Shown here one piece after another: positions 37,301-50,128 of a stretch of 64,000 nucleotides of DNA (position 1 is the first letter of the stretch; the number at the start of each line of letters is the position of its first letter). The notes below the pieces were generated by a model, which was given only the letters and a program-made list of their open reading frames with translations, ran no database searches and was not told where the DNA came from. A program made the translations under genes and the position numbers. The stretch is from contig DF237443.1 of the NCBI GenBank assembly GCA_000708835.1, positions 1-64,000 of the forward strand, written 5' to 3'. This stretch comes from Klebsormidium nitens (lineage: Eukaryota; Plantae; Klebsormidiophyceae).

Positions 37301-40219
37301 ATGAAGCCAAGTAGACCACGGGTGACAGCAAGAAGAAGGGACTGCACTGGACAGAATGAGGATTCCGCAGCAACTTTAAAAACCACGTTCGAGAAATATA
37401 AGGAAGAGCAAGTGGCAGAGCGTTGAAAGGGCCTTGCCCCAGAAGCGCAGGTGCACGACCAGGCAGACGGATGATGCGAGCTCCTTTTTGTGGGAAGACA
37501 AGACCGACAATCTGGTCGGACTCGGTCACACACTCTGCAGTAGCGGGAACAAAGGCAGCCGTGGGAGCCCCTCAAGCTGACTGGGACTGCTCGCTGCTGC
37601 GACACCAAGAAACCCGGTGTCATGCTCACCGAGTCGCAGAGCACGCGCTGGGGGGGCCCCCTTGTAGCTGTGTACTTGACGAGCAGCGGGTCGACGGTGG
37701 CGTCGTAGAGGCGCAGGTCGAGGCTGTTGTCGGGGAACTGGGAGGCAGCGTCCTGGCAGATGTAGCTCACGTTGAAGTAGGCCATCAGGTAGCCGTACAA
37801 GTTGGCCTGGCGGACCTGCCAGAAGGGGAAGAGATCACCACCAGTCAGTCGAGCCTGGGTGACATGGGGTGGGAAGGAGCAGACACCCTCTGGCTTGTCA
37901 GCTGGGACCGTGGCGTTTCAGGGACTAGGTGGGGCCCATACAAAACAGAGCTCAATGCGGCAGTCAGGGGAAGTGGGCCCCATACAAAACAGAGCTCAAT
38001 GCGGCAGTCAGGGGAAGGAGAAGCCATGATAGCAGTTCATACGCAATTGCTATCAGTCTTATCTGCCAACCACTTCAAGAACCAGTATTTCCAAAATCCG
38101 GGTTCAAATCGTCTCCACGCTTTTGTGGGCTCAATCTACATATGGTCAACCACATCTTTGCGACCACTACCAGAAACTAGAACGACTCTCCAACGTAAAG
38201 CTGCCAGTGAGTGTCGTTCACAAGTTGAACCCCGCCAAAACATCAAGCAAGGCAGTGCTGAAAAGCTAAGAGGCCTAGGAGAGCCGCAAAAGGCAACGCT
38301 CTAGGCCGTAGTTCACGAGCTCAGCGCTGAGAAAGTGCCCTACTAGAAGGTAACCAAATGTATGAGGCGCATCCGACCACAGCTACTACAAGACCGACTT
38401 GTAACGGGATAGTACCTCAACAGAACCTTGTGTGAGACAATATCTAGGCTGTGAACTGGATTCAAGCTGCCTGCTCTTAAGAGTCCCGAATGCACTGGTG
38501 GTTTTGGTGTGCCAGCAATGGTGAAATCAGATGTATAACCTCTGCTCTCTTGAGCAGGCAACGTCCAGCACTTTGTGTGCCCTGCTTGCCGGCCAGCCTG
38601 CGCGCTCGCTGCGCCTGCTGTGTGTGTAGCATGGCACTGACCTGCAGTGAGGCGAGCTGGGCCTGCTCCTCGTCAAGGTCGGAGTAGACGGGGTAATAGA
38701 GCATGAAGCCCAGGGCGCCAAAGTAGTTGGAGCTGGCAGACGCCTGGGGCAGGCCGCTGTCGCGAGCGAGGAGAGCGTACGAAGCCAGCACGCCCGAATA
38801 CACGTCGTACCTACAACGACAGGCCAGCACGAGGCGGTGGTTCGCAAGGGAGCCAGCACAGGCAGCCAACATATCTTTGACAGGAAAAGCACCCGCAATT
38901 GATATCAGAATTGGTTTGCAACTCAGCAAATTTGCCAAGTAGGTACCACTTGACTTGTGGACACGACCGGGCGCATGCTGACCTCCAGTGCCACTTCAGT
39001 ACAACATGAGACATGCTCCCTGCTTGACCAGGCAGTGAAATACTGCCGTCAAGAGCTATTCTTCAAGGGTTGTAGAGGAGTCAATGCAATACTCAAGGCA
39101 TGAGGCACTGAGGTGCATCTAGTCGCCTGATGCTGCAGGCCGCCCGGTGCAGGGTGCCCTTCCCATAGCAGGGCACAATTTCAAACATCGTTGACATTGT
39201 TCTGTCTGGAGAGGGCATAGCAGTGCATGGCTACCCGGTGAACTCGGGAAGGGGGGGGTGGCGCAGAGGGCCTGCTGGTACTCACCCATACCAGCCGGCA
39301 TTGGTTAGGCTGGGATGTGGATCTGCAGCGGCAAAGAACTCCACTGGCGCATAATCTGCCTTCGGACCGGACACTTGCACGCTCCCGTTCGGTAAGGTCT
39401 CCATGATGGGGAAGCCATGTGCTGCTTCGAATGCAGCCCTGTCTGGGCCTAATACGTGCAACACCGCGTAAATGGTGGGGCTGCAGCAGAAAGAGCGGGT
39501 CAGCATCTGCCAGCCTGGCCGCGCTTTTGCAAGTCCCCATCCTGCTTGCTGTGATCCAGGTTGTCTCGGAGGTCAGCTTTGCACAAAAGGCAAGATGAGA
39601 CCATCGTGTACCAGTTACTTGATTGAACATCTCACCTGTAACGGCGAGTCCAGGATGTAACATTTGCAAAGGACGTGAATTGAAGTCGCTCCGGTTTTAC
39701 AGTTTGCATGAAGCCCGCGAAGACCCCGGTCGAGAATTAGCTGCTGTTGAAGAGGCCTTCAATGACCTGCAGGAAAGTGAGGGCCACATTGAAGCTGCTC
39801 TTCTCAAGCCTCTTCTAGATTCACATGGATCGGTGCCGGAGCTGCTCCGGCAAACTCCTTTCCAATGACCAGACTCCAAGCCCAGAACTATCTCCCGCAG
39901 CAAAGCGGATGCCAATATCGGACGGCAGAGGGCGTCTCAAAGACATGAGGATCTTTCTAAGACGCTGAGACAGTGGCATTGTGACCATCCCTTGGTGGTG
40001 GAGGGCAAGCAAACCTTTGATAAGGATGTTACAAGGTGAAGCATCCCAGCAACAGTGCCAGCGACTTACCTGAGCCCTGCTCTCGCAATTGAGCTCAAAC
40101 TGTTTGTCCCAGTCATTTTGAGCTGTCAGGTAGAGAATACCACTGACCAGACCCGCAACAGCAACGGCCAGAAACAAAAGGCCGAAGACCGCACAGCACT
40201 TTGTTCGGCAACCCATCAT
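31306..40219 (-). CDS. CHK: CHASE-domain hybrid histidine kinase (cytokinin-receptor-like CHK); in-frame TAA in exon 2
   Basis: TM ([21 protein letters not shown]), CHASE ([26 protein letters not shown]), second TM, H-box [14 protein letters not shown]-box [31 protein letters not shown], pseudo-receiver [12 protein letters not shown], receiver [12 protein letters not shown]...DDYLAKPL. Last exon 31364-31306. Confidence 0.93.
37931..38016. repeat. 44-bp tandem duplication in a CHK intron
   Basis: GGGCCC(C)ATACAAAACAGAGCTCAATGCGGCAGTCAGGGGAAG present twice in tandem. Confidence 0.9.
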
Positions 40220-41802
40220 CTTTCACTGCTGTAAGTGCCCCAGTTTAGGCCCCTATTGCCCCATGTTGTCGTGCTTGCTCAGGAGGGTGCTTGGTGCGCA
40301 CAAGGGGTGGGCATCCGCCGCTAATGATGCCAATGGGGTCCAGCCTCCTTTCAACCAGCAGAAACTGACTATATCATGAAGAATAGTGCTCTAGCGATGC
40401 AAACACGCGCCAGTCCAGCAGTGACTACTTGAAAAGGTTTTCACTGGTCTCTAAGCCCATCTTCAAGGTCCGAGTCCAGGTCTTCAGTCTTCGGGCACGG
40501 GCAGCTCATAGAAAAGAGCCCCTCTGCGGCTCTTGTTGACGCAGAGCTCACTCTATCATTGGAATTTAGCCTCAAAAGTGCACGTCTCAAAACTCACAAA
40601 ACATACATACATACATACTTCTCTTACAAGGCCGTTCACCAACAGAGTCTCTGGCTGGCAGGTCCAAATGCCCAATCAGCGCCCCTTGCGGACGTCACGA
40701 GCAAGATGGAGCTACCTAACCTTTCCTCCCTAGGCCCCTAGCTGACTCCCAAGTCCCGAAGCCTGCATGAGCGGTTCCCAGAGGCAGAGCACCATGCGCA
40801 GATTGAGCAGGGGGAGGCCCACAAAGATCTCCATCATGCGAAAATGATCTCCCCCGAGTTCAACTCTCATTGCACGCCGCACCGCCGCCCGGGACGCGTG
40901 GCGCTCGCTCAACACTGGTCAAATCTGTGTGAACGGCGATATGCGGCCTGGATGCCCTTCATTGGAAGCCCACCAAATCTGAGCGTATCAACGTGACGTC
41001 GGTTCTTGTACCGTAGTATAGTCACGGTACCGTTCACAGCGCGGCCGCAGGAGCTGGCAGCAACTAGATATCGGAGTACCTAGGCTAAGTAGTAGATAAC
41101 GGTGTTATCTATCTCAACACTGAATGCCATTACCGCACAACTTCAAGAAGACTGACCCGGATTGCCACCGACTGCAGATGGGGCTTTTTGGGGGCCTTCT
41201 CTCTCTGTCAGTGTCGGGTCCGACACTGTCAGGCTTTGACTCTGCAGAACGGCGCTGATTCTCGAAGAAGTTGCAGCTGAGCATCATGCCCATGGCTGCC
41301 TCCGCCAGCTCTACGAAAGTTCTGGGTCTGCCGCAATGTGGACAGGTTGGGGATCGAGTGGAGCAGACGGACAGGATAGAGACTGGGGGCCGTTCCATCT
41401 TTACGCAGGCTCAGCAGAAGTCTCTCAGGTTCCGTCCGGTCTGCATACGTGTTGGTGAGCTCCCACTTCTTGTCCGTCATGCCATATAGTGCCCGCCTCA
41501 TACTGTGCTGGAGGTCAGATGTGGTTCAGGCTGATTGAGGACAATTCATGCACTGGCAGGTTGGTTGGTAGGACAACTTACACTCAGTCTGGACTTTAAT
41601 ATCATTTGGGCAACAGTGGTACTTGTCCTGAGCTTGAGCAAACACAATGAGGTGTGTGTGGCCCGTCTTATGGGGTGCTTGGCTAGTCTCCTTCTTACAT
41701 GGTTCGGAGAATTGCCAATGCCACTAACGGTGACATTGGGATCAAGCACACTTGGTGCTGGATTGCGTAGGGTTGTGGGCAGAGGAAGAAGCTGCCCCAT
41801 AG

Positions 41803-43273
41803 CGTCGCTTAGCTTTGCTCTTGACAAGAAGCGGTAGCCTGGTGACTTTGCCCAGTAATGCGTGGTCCTTCGCTGACCCATCCGCTGCACACACAGGCTC
41901 GCGCGCTTTTACCAGTCGTGGACGACAAGTTGAGGGAGGTCCTCAGATAAGGTGCCAGGTGGGTGCTTCTGCGCAGTCCCACCTTGAAGAGCAGCCGCTC
42001 CAATCGAGCATGTCGCTTGCATCTAACTCCCAAATGTTTTCTCCGACTTGGAGTTACAAAGCCAGGTTTAAAACAGGGCTCCATTATGACCACTTTTAGG
42101 GCTGCAGCTGTGCACAATGATGGGAGGAGTTTGCAATCCTCTGATTCGTCACCGGCCAGCATAGTCCCGGCCCAGCATAGTCCCCGCCCGTTGAGTTGTC
42201 CTGCGCCAAATTGTCATACAATGCATTACATGCCGTGCAGGCTGCTCAATCGGAGGGCTCTTCTTCGCCCTCTGAAACCACCACCCCAAACCGTTCGTTG
42301 CTTTGCCAAAATTGTGATGGGAATGGTGAGTCGGTCCGCTTTTCCCCCCCTTCCCTTCATGCAATGCATGCTCTGCATGATCACCAGGTTTGTTGCCTGG
42401 GCTGGGGCTTGGACACCATCCATGGAGCTCATTGTCCGGTAGCTCATGGCATTCATCACAGATTAATACCCAATTGGATGAAAGGTTGAAGCTGTGGTTG
42501 AAAGTGGTTAAGGAACACTAGGTGAAGTCCTGTTTCGCAGGCCTTCAGCGGACGGGGCCGCAATCATTGCACCGGCAGCCCCTCCTGTGTGCTTTTCTGC
42601 CCCAGCACTTGCTCTTCTACACAGGCGTGCTTCCCTGTATGGGGCTACCGGATGCTTCCAGGTGGCCAGCCTGCTGCACTCTGGTTCTTCCTCATGCCGT
42701 GTATGGCTGCTGAGTGACGTGGTTGCCTGTAGGAGCGGTGCCGTGTGGCCAATGCAAGGGCACCGGCGTGAACCAGGAGGACAAGTTTGACGGGCGATTC
42801 AAGGCCGGCCAGACGTGCTGGTTGTGCAGGTGAGCCCGGGCCAGCGTCACCAGCAGCGACAGCTCCATGGACGAAGGCGTTGGGCAGGCTTGCCAGAGCA
42901 TTGTTATTGTCGCCAGTTGCTTCTTTTCTGATCCTCCCCCAACATTGCAGCACGCCAAACATTAAGGACCATGTTAGAATGTTGGGGTGTGCGAACCCGG
43001 CCTTAGCGGACGTTGCACTCTTAACAGGGCATTTATGACAAACTGCAAAACAGTAAGGGCAGGCTAATCAAAACTTATGTCATCAAATGAGCTTCTCGTT
43101 TGGTGGTATTATTTTGCTCATGGTCTGCTTGACAAGGGATGGGCAGTAACCTTGGATATGCAATACTCAGATTGTGGTTTCTGTGCTTCTGCAGGGGAAA
43201 GAGGCAGATGCTGTGTGGAGAGTGCAATGGAGCAGGCTTCGTTGGGGGTTTCATGAGCACGCAAAGCGACTGA
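41803..43273 (+). CDS. BSD2: BSD2 DnaJ-like zinc-finger Rubisco assembly chaperone; exons 41803-41958, 42241-42325, 42733-42829, 43195-43273; true start upstream and unresolved
   Basis: Spliced product LLCQNCDGNG|AVPCGQCKGTGVNQEDKFDGRFKAGQTCWLCR|GKRQMLCGECNGAGFVGGFMSTQSD* matches the BSD2 four-CxxCxGxG pattern and tail; all phases are consistent. Confidence 0.92.
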
Positions 43274-43842
43274 CCGGGGCGGGGCTCGCACCTGTTATAG
43301 AAGTGGTGTTGCTTTTACAATATCTGCTTGTAAATAACTTGGTGATTTGTTTGGTCGTTTTTGGCGCACATATTCCTGTGCTCAAGTATCAATTTAGTTG
43401 CGTGCAGGCTTTATCTAATGCAAATGGAAGTGGGTATGCTCATGGCCATTCAAACAAACGGGGTTTTTGACTTCTTCAAACTTGTTGATGTACAGAACGT
43501 TGGTGCATGAAACCTTCTCATGCACCTGTTCTCTTGATCGCGATATCAAGTGTTCTGCATCACGTGATGCATGCGATCATACGTTAAATGCACACAAGCA
43601 TGCAACAGATAGAAGTGCGGCCGCACAGCCATGTTGAAGCGCACATGAGCACATGCATTGATGTTATAGAGGCCAGACTTTCCATCTTAGCCGGCTTCCA
43701 AGAGCTCACATCGCAGTTGCCAGAATCTCACGAGACAGACTCGTCGGAAAGCGCTGGTGCAAACTTGCCGTCAAAAGATGTCGACCCCTCACCCTGCGAG
43801 CCAGTGGCACACTGGACAGAGTGTCTGCAAGAAGGTTTTGTA

Positions 43843-46800
43843 TCAGAGGTCCGCCGGCATTCGGCTGAGCACCTTCGCCACGAGTTTGCTGTTGATCTCG
43901 AAGACAAGCCGCAGGCCGCCTATTTCTAAAAGGCACTTGTTCTCGAGCTTTTCTCGGCTGCCTGCTTCCACAGGCCGATTATTCACCTAGCAAGACAATC
44001 AGAAGGAGGGAGATCAGCGCACGGCCATTTGAATCAGGAGAATCCGGATACTCTCGGAGTAGGAAAGTCCGTAAGTAAGGTGCAGCGGTGTTCTGACAGC
44101 CACCTTTCTTGCAAGCAGCCAGGGCGGCAGAAATCGAACTCCTTTATGGGGGTCACAGCCCGTAGTTTCTCTCTCCTGCTGGCAGTCAGAGATGGATTGC
44201 CAATCCGTAAAGAACTTTCCAATCGCAAGCAAGCCGTTCAAATCTGCTGGATCCTTTGCCAACTTTCCATACCGGACATTTGACCAGAGCTGTGGACGAC
44301 CATGCTGTTTGGCCGATCGCAGCTGCCCAGTCCGCCAGCTTTTGCCCCGGGCTTAGAGCACGGTACCCAGTAAAAAGAAGAAACTGAAATTTGCCACACT
44401 TGACTGCCACCCTGAACTCAACAGGACCCTAAGACGTTCTACCCAAGCCCGCCCGAAACCCCGCCAAAACCCCACCAAACTTTCTCGGTTCCCCTCTGCC
44501 TTTCAGCCACTGTACGAATCGTGCCGACGGTTACATGCCTTGCTTGAAGTAAGTATGAGACTCCGGATAATTGTGCTGCTTGTCACGGACAACCAGCACT
44601 AACTGTCTGCAAATCCGGCTCTGAATTCCGCCGCCACATTCGCAGCCCCTCTGTTAGTGGCGCGCGTGCGCGTTTACCTGGAACTCCCGCTTGCCCAGGT
44701 TCTTGATGTACCAGTTGCCGTCCTTCTTGAGCTTGATGCTGGCCTGCTTGCGCGACACCTTGGTGGCGGCACCCTCCACCGCCAGGTCCACATCCACCGC
44801 CGCCTCCACCGTCGACCGCCCCACCAAGATCTGCACACGCGCGCCCAGCGTAACCGCATCAGGAACCGGTGGCGCAAGGGATCTCCACTCCGCTGACAAG
44901 CAGCGATTGTAGGAAATGCTGCGATAGGAAGCCTGGGCTGCACAAAGCGGGAGGGCAGCCAGCACGGCGGGCGGGCTACCAGAAGACACGCAGTCTCCAA
45001 CACAGAAGTAAAGAGGCCGTGCCAAATCCCACCACCCTCCGTAATCCGTCCCCTGCTTCCGATCTTGGCGTAGACACTGGCCTGGCGGCACAATGCATGC
45101 ATGCTCACCTCAGAATCTCGGATGAGGTAGCGCAGGCGGCGGCCATAGAGCACTGCGAGAGCGCGCTCGCGGGTGAGCTGGCGGCAGGTGGCGGAGTCCG
45201 CCAGCTGCTCGAGGCGCAGCATGGCCTTGCGGTGCTTGCCCTGCAGCCGCCGCGCATGCCGCCGCGCTGCGTCGCCCGTCTCGTCGTCCGGCTCCAGGTC
45301 GCAGTCGAGCACCAGCGCCTCCACGTCCGAGAAGTACAGCTGCAACCACGACCGCCAAAACGAATGTCAATAACCTCGACCGTTTCGAGAAAGATTGGGC
45401 GATCACGATAGAGAGAGGCAGCCCCTCTTCGCCCCTTGTTGCTCGTTGGTTCCGCCCTCGCACAGCGGCACTCCCTTGACAAAAGGAACCTCAGAGGGCG
45501 AGTGTCGGGGGCTTTCAAGATCACCACTCTGGAACAGTACGAAACGCCTGAGCATCCATTCTGATGCTGGCGTGCTCCTCGTCACTGCCTGGCCCTTCAT
45601 CGGCAAAAACGCAACAGATCAGCCCGAGGTCCCAGCACCACCTGTGTGGCGGCGTGAAAAGATTCTCCGGGCAAGCGTGCTCCGCTTACCGGCTCCTCCT
45701 CGCTGTTCCACGCGTCGTCTTCCGACCCCGCCTTCCCTGCCGCCTCCCGCCCCGCCTCCTCGCCGGGGGCCCGTCCGTCCTCTCCAGTGTCCGCAGGCTG
45801 CCTCCCCCCGGGCCCGGGCCCTAGCGGCCTTTCTGCATCGACGCTAGCGGTGCGCGCCAGCTGCCGGTCCCTGAAGCGCGCGATGTCCCCGGGTTCGCTG
45901 CGCGTGTCCTCCTCCATCAGCTGCAGCTGCTGCGCCAGGGGTGGCAGCGCCGTGCGTGCGTGGGGGGCCAGGGCGGGGCTGCTGCTCGGCCGGGCGGCCT
46001 CCCCGAGCGCCACCAGGTGCCGGCTGGCGGAAGTCCCCGGGGGTGCCAGCAGCGCAGCCGAGGGCAAGGGCAGGAAATCGAGCTCCTCGGTAGCGTCAGC
46101 TCCCGGGAGCGGGGTGAAGGTGGGGGAGGGCCCCGTGCCGCGCCCAAAGTTGAAGAGAGGCGACGGTGCAGGGCGCTTCTTCTCGTTGGGACTCCAGGGG
46201 ACGAGCGCGTCGAGGTCCGGCAGCAGGTCCGGGCCAGGGGGCGCCGCCTGAGGGCCCAGCCGCGGGGTGCTCCAGGGGGACGACTTGCGGGGCGGGGCCA
46301 GCCGGAAGTCGCCGGGAGGGGCAGTACCGTCCGCGGAGTGGCCGGCTCTTTCAGAAACCTGCGCACCCGCTGCATCCTGGTCCTCCTGTGGGGGTCCTGC
46401 TTCCGATGGCGCGACTTGTTCCCGACCATGGCCCTCTTCCACCTCCTCACTCAACTCAGCAACCTTCCCCTCCTTCCGCCTAGTCTTCATGTCCTCCCCG
46501 TCCTGCCCTCTGGAGCTGGCGTCCCCTGCTTCTGTCGACGGCGCCTGTGCCCTGTCTGCGGTGCTGGCATGGGCGGCCCCCTCCCTCTCGTGCGCTGCGC
46601 TGTCGCTCAGCCCGAATGAGAGCTCCGGCCCCGACCGCTCTCCCCCTGATGACGGCACCTCTAGCAGGCCGTCCTGCAGCTTCCGCCCGTCACCTCCTCG
46701 CCCCTGCGCCCCTGTGCCCCCTTCCCCTTCCCTCGCGTCCTGCTCAGCAGCCTCCATCCCTGCCCCGTCAGCAGCTGCCGCGGGGCTCGCCTTCCCCCCC

Positions 46801-48911
46801 TCCTGCCGACGGCGCTCCTCCGTAGCTGCGCCCCCCCCTGCGCCTGAGCTGCCCGCTGCCTCCCAGGGCTGCTCCGCCCCGCTGTCGTGCGCTGCGGCGG
46901 TATCAAGGGTGTCCTCATCACACATGTCACCTGAGGAAGGAGGCAGCAACGCAGTGTCAGAGGGTGAACCTGCAGCAGCTTGTCCGCAACTACACCAAAC
47001 CAGCTTGGCAACATATTACGGACGGTGCTGCTTATCAACGGTTCACATTTTTACTTCAGACACCCGTTCAACGATCTGAGACCTTAAAACTAGGAGCATT
47101 TACGCCAGCACGTTTTTGGGCTTCTTGCGCGCTTTTACTCGGCTTCTTTGCGCGTGGCGGCGCTTGCCTGTGAGCACGCTGAACATCTCTTGGAGCATGT
47201 CCCGCTCGATGCCCGCTCCGCCCTGCTCCCCCGCCCCCAGGCTCAGCCCGTTCCCCAGCATGGCCCCCGCCTCGCCCCACGCTGGCACGCCCAGGCCATC
47301 GCCCAGGCACCCTGCGCCCGTCACCAGCTCCTTCCCGGCTCCTGCAAACCCATTGCTCCTCCCCACCACTGCTTGTTGGCCCCCAGCCAAGCTCGGCCCG
47401 CTCCCCCAGACGCTGCCCCCCTCCGCGTCCTGCCCCTCCCCCTCCCCTTCATGATGCACCACCAGCAGATCGTACGCCGGCGCTGCCGGTGCCCCCTGTC
47501 CCGTTCCCCCCTTCCCCCGCTCCCGCCCTTGCCCGCTCCTGCTGGGCGCCTCCTTGCCCGGTTGTTTGCCGCGGCCGTGCTGTGCCTGGTGGTATCCCAG
47601 CAGTTCCTTCCTCTTGCGCATGCGCGTCGCCTGCTCGTCCTCAATCTCGGCCTCCCAGCTGCGGCTGCCCCCCAGCCGGCTGCGCCCGCCCCCCCGGATG
47701 CGCTCCTCAAACGCCTCCAGGTTGGCCAGCAGCGGCTCCTCCAGGCCGTTGAGGCTGTTCATGTCCTGCGGCGTGGGCATCCCCGGGTCCGCCAGGCCCA
47801 CGCTCATGTCGTCGTCGTCCGCGTACAGGTCCCCAAACGTGGGGTCTAGCAGCAACCGCCGCCGGCGCTCAGCCGCATCCTTCCGGGCTCGCTTGCGAGC
47901 GCGTCCATACTGCAATCGCAGGCCGCCCTGCGCTGGGGAGCCGTCTGAGCGCTGCACCTCCGCAGACGGAAAGGACGGGACGCTGCTCTGCAGAAGCGAG
48001 GGGGGCAGCAGCAAGGTTTCCAATCAGCATTTACGAAGCTCGTGTGTCACAATGACTTTGGACGGAATAGCTTTTGAACGGAAGCTATTCCTTGGGGGAC
48101 GGGCCGGTGGCACGTGCTTCATAGACTGCACACGGTCTCTGGCACTTTGGGGCGTCAATTGAAGCCTACCGCCAGCTCGGCTCGCCCCGGTTTATTCTCT
48201 TCAGGTATTGCTTGTCGGGAGACGCAGACACGTGCCCTTAATTGAAGCAATTCCGCAGCCAACAATCTGACCAGCGCTTGCACTCTCCACTAGATGCAGG
48301 AGGCAGTCTGGTCCATGGCGTGCGGGGGGGGCCCCTCTCCGGGCTGGCTCACCAGAGTCCCCAAGACAGCTGCCTGGCCGCAGGCTGCCAGCATCCTGCG
48401 CGAGGCGTCCAGTGCCAGCCCTGGGTCCGTGAGCAGGGTCCGCCAGCGCTCCTCCAGCTCGGGCAGGCTGAAACGCCGACTCAGGTCCATGGCCCCCCGC
48501 GCCAGGGCCTCCAGGGCATAACCAGCCTGCCCAATGAAGAAAGCAGCGACATGAGGGGTGGGCCATCAACGCTTCGTCCTCCATTCGCCTCATGACATGA
48601 ACCAGGCACAGCTGCGTATGTCCACTTAGAAGTGGCATATATGTCCCTATCGGAGGCTGACTTTGGAAAGTGCGAACTCCCAGAGATGACATGAGAATGG
48701 GCCCCAGCGTCTACCGTTGAACATTCGCAGATTGGCTTCAACGGGGCAGCGCAGATAGCTGTCCTTGAGATCCAATCTTTATAATTCAAAGGCAAAATGG
48801 GCCCACCTCCATCGACTTCATGAGAATGAGGTCGTCTCGTGCTGTCCATTCTGTATGACCAGACATGCCTAGCTGTTTCTGAGAAGGGCTGCCCTTGAGT
48901 GCCTGCTTCAT
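43843..48911 (-). CDS. MCRS1: Microspherule protein 1 (MCRS1)-like protein with C-terminal FHA domain
   Basis: N-terminal EWTARDDLILMKSME|AGYALEALARGAMDLSRRFSLPELEERWRTLLTDP, long low-complexity middle, LYFSDVEALVLDCDL, FHA ILVGRST...VSRKQASIKLKKDGNWYIKNLGK|VNNRPV...LLEIGGLRLVFEIN. Start codon uncertain. Confidence 0.88.
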
Positions 48912-50128
48912 GGGGGGCAGGAAGCCTGCAAAATGAAGTGTCGTCGACTCATTTAGCAGAGGTTACTTAAAGGTGCTCTCCGAAAGGCCGTTCAAATTAC
49001 TAGCCATGTAACTTCTGAATTTCAAAAATGCCGTGTTCCTGGACCACCGCACGAATCCTGCTGACACAGTCAATGAGCTGATCAAAGTTACAGCACGAGC
49101 ACAGGTGCCAGAATGACAGATTGCCCCTTAATTAGAAGCAAGGGGTGATTCAGCCCTTAACCGATCAAAGAGGACTGTCTGAAGGCGAAAAGCTCTCTAA
49201 GAACAGTCTGGGTAGCCTGATCTGAGCTGCACTCACAATGCCAATCAGAGAACAAGTCTTACAGCGCCAACCTCAGGATATTGCAAATTGCATTGAGGCA
49301 GGGATGTAGACAGGACGCAGAAGCCAGGCCTTACCCAAAGGCTGGCTACTGTCTGGTGTCAGCTAATCGGGTTCAACCAACCAGCGACTGTATGCCAACC
49401 AAGCACCCCGTCAGACCTGAAACTCAAATGCTTGAAGCTACGGCAGACAGGTCTGTTGCCCTTCCAGCAAACTTCAAATGCCACTTTCTGCACAGCTTGG
49501 TGTAACACATCCAGAAGCACACGGCTCAGCTCCTGAAATGGCCTTTAAAATCTCAAGTCTAGCTCCTCCTACGAGGACAAGTTGCAACTAGGTATGCTAG
49601 CCTGCGGGGGCATGAGATGGCCTTGCAATGACACGGCCCTTGCCGCAAGTTGCCGGCCCTGCGAAAGAGTTGATTGAGAAACAGGGGCGCAAACAGGGGC
49701 GCAACACTGCAACAAATGCAATGCAGCGGGCCTGGCTGTGCAGCTGCTGCTACCTAGGTCTTTTTCAATGCAGGACGTGCTCACTTCAAGTTGGAGTCTA
49801 ACCATGGTAAACCTTTTATACATTTTAACCGTTCAAGAATATGATCTGCGATTCTGCAGGTTGCCGATGGGCCATGTGTAGGCATGGAGCATTCGGGTCA
49901 AGATTCGGGGTTTGGGGGTGAACCCTGTTTCTGGGAACAGCAGCTCGCGAGGTGGATTCGAAGGTGTCCAGAGCTTTGTCGTTGACACAGACAGTGAAGG
50001 CGGCCCAGGGCCATAGCACCCCATCTCCTGCTCATGCAAGCTCAATCAAATCAACTCCAATCCTCGAGACTTAGAGGTTAGCACAGCGTTTTACTTGACG
50101 CTTCTGCTGTGCTGCGGCTTGTCTGGCC

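Noticed and set aside
39737-39739. TAA/TAG reassigned to Gln (non-standard genetic code)
   Set aside because: Other genes here appear to end at TAG (CHK) and TAA (mL80-like), and no other in-frame TAR was seen in conserved exons.
40600-41000. LINE 3' end suggested by an (ACAT)4 microsatellite and a short GC-rich minus-strand ORF
   Set aside because: No recognisable RT, endonuclease or zinc-knuckle motif; the microsatellite alone is insufficient.
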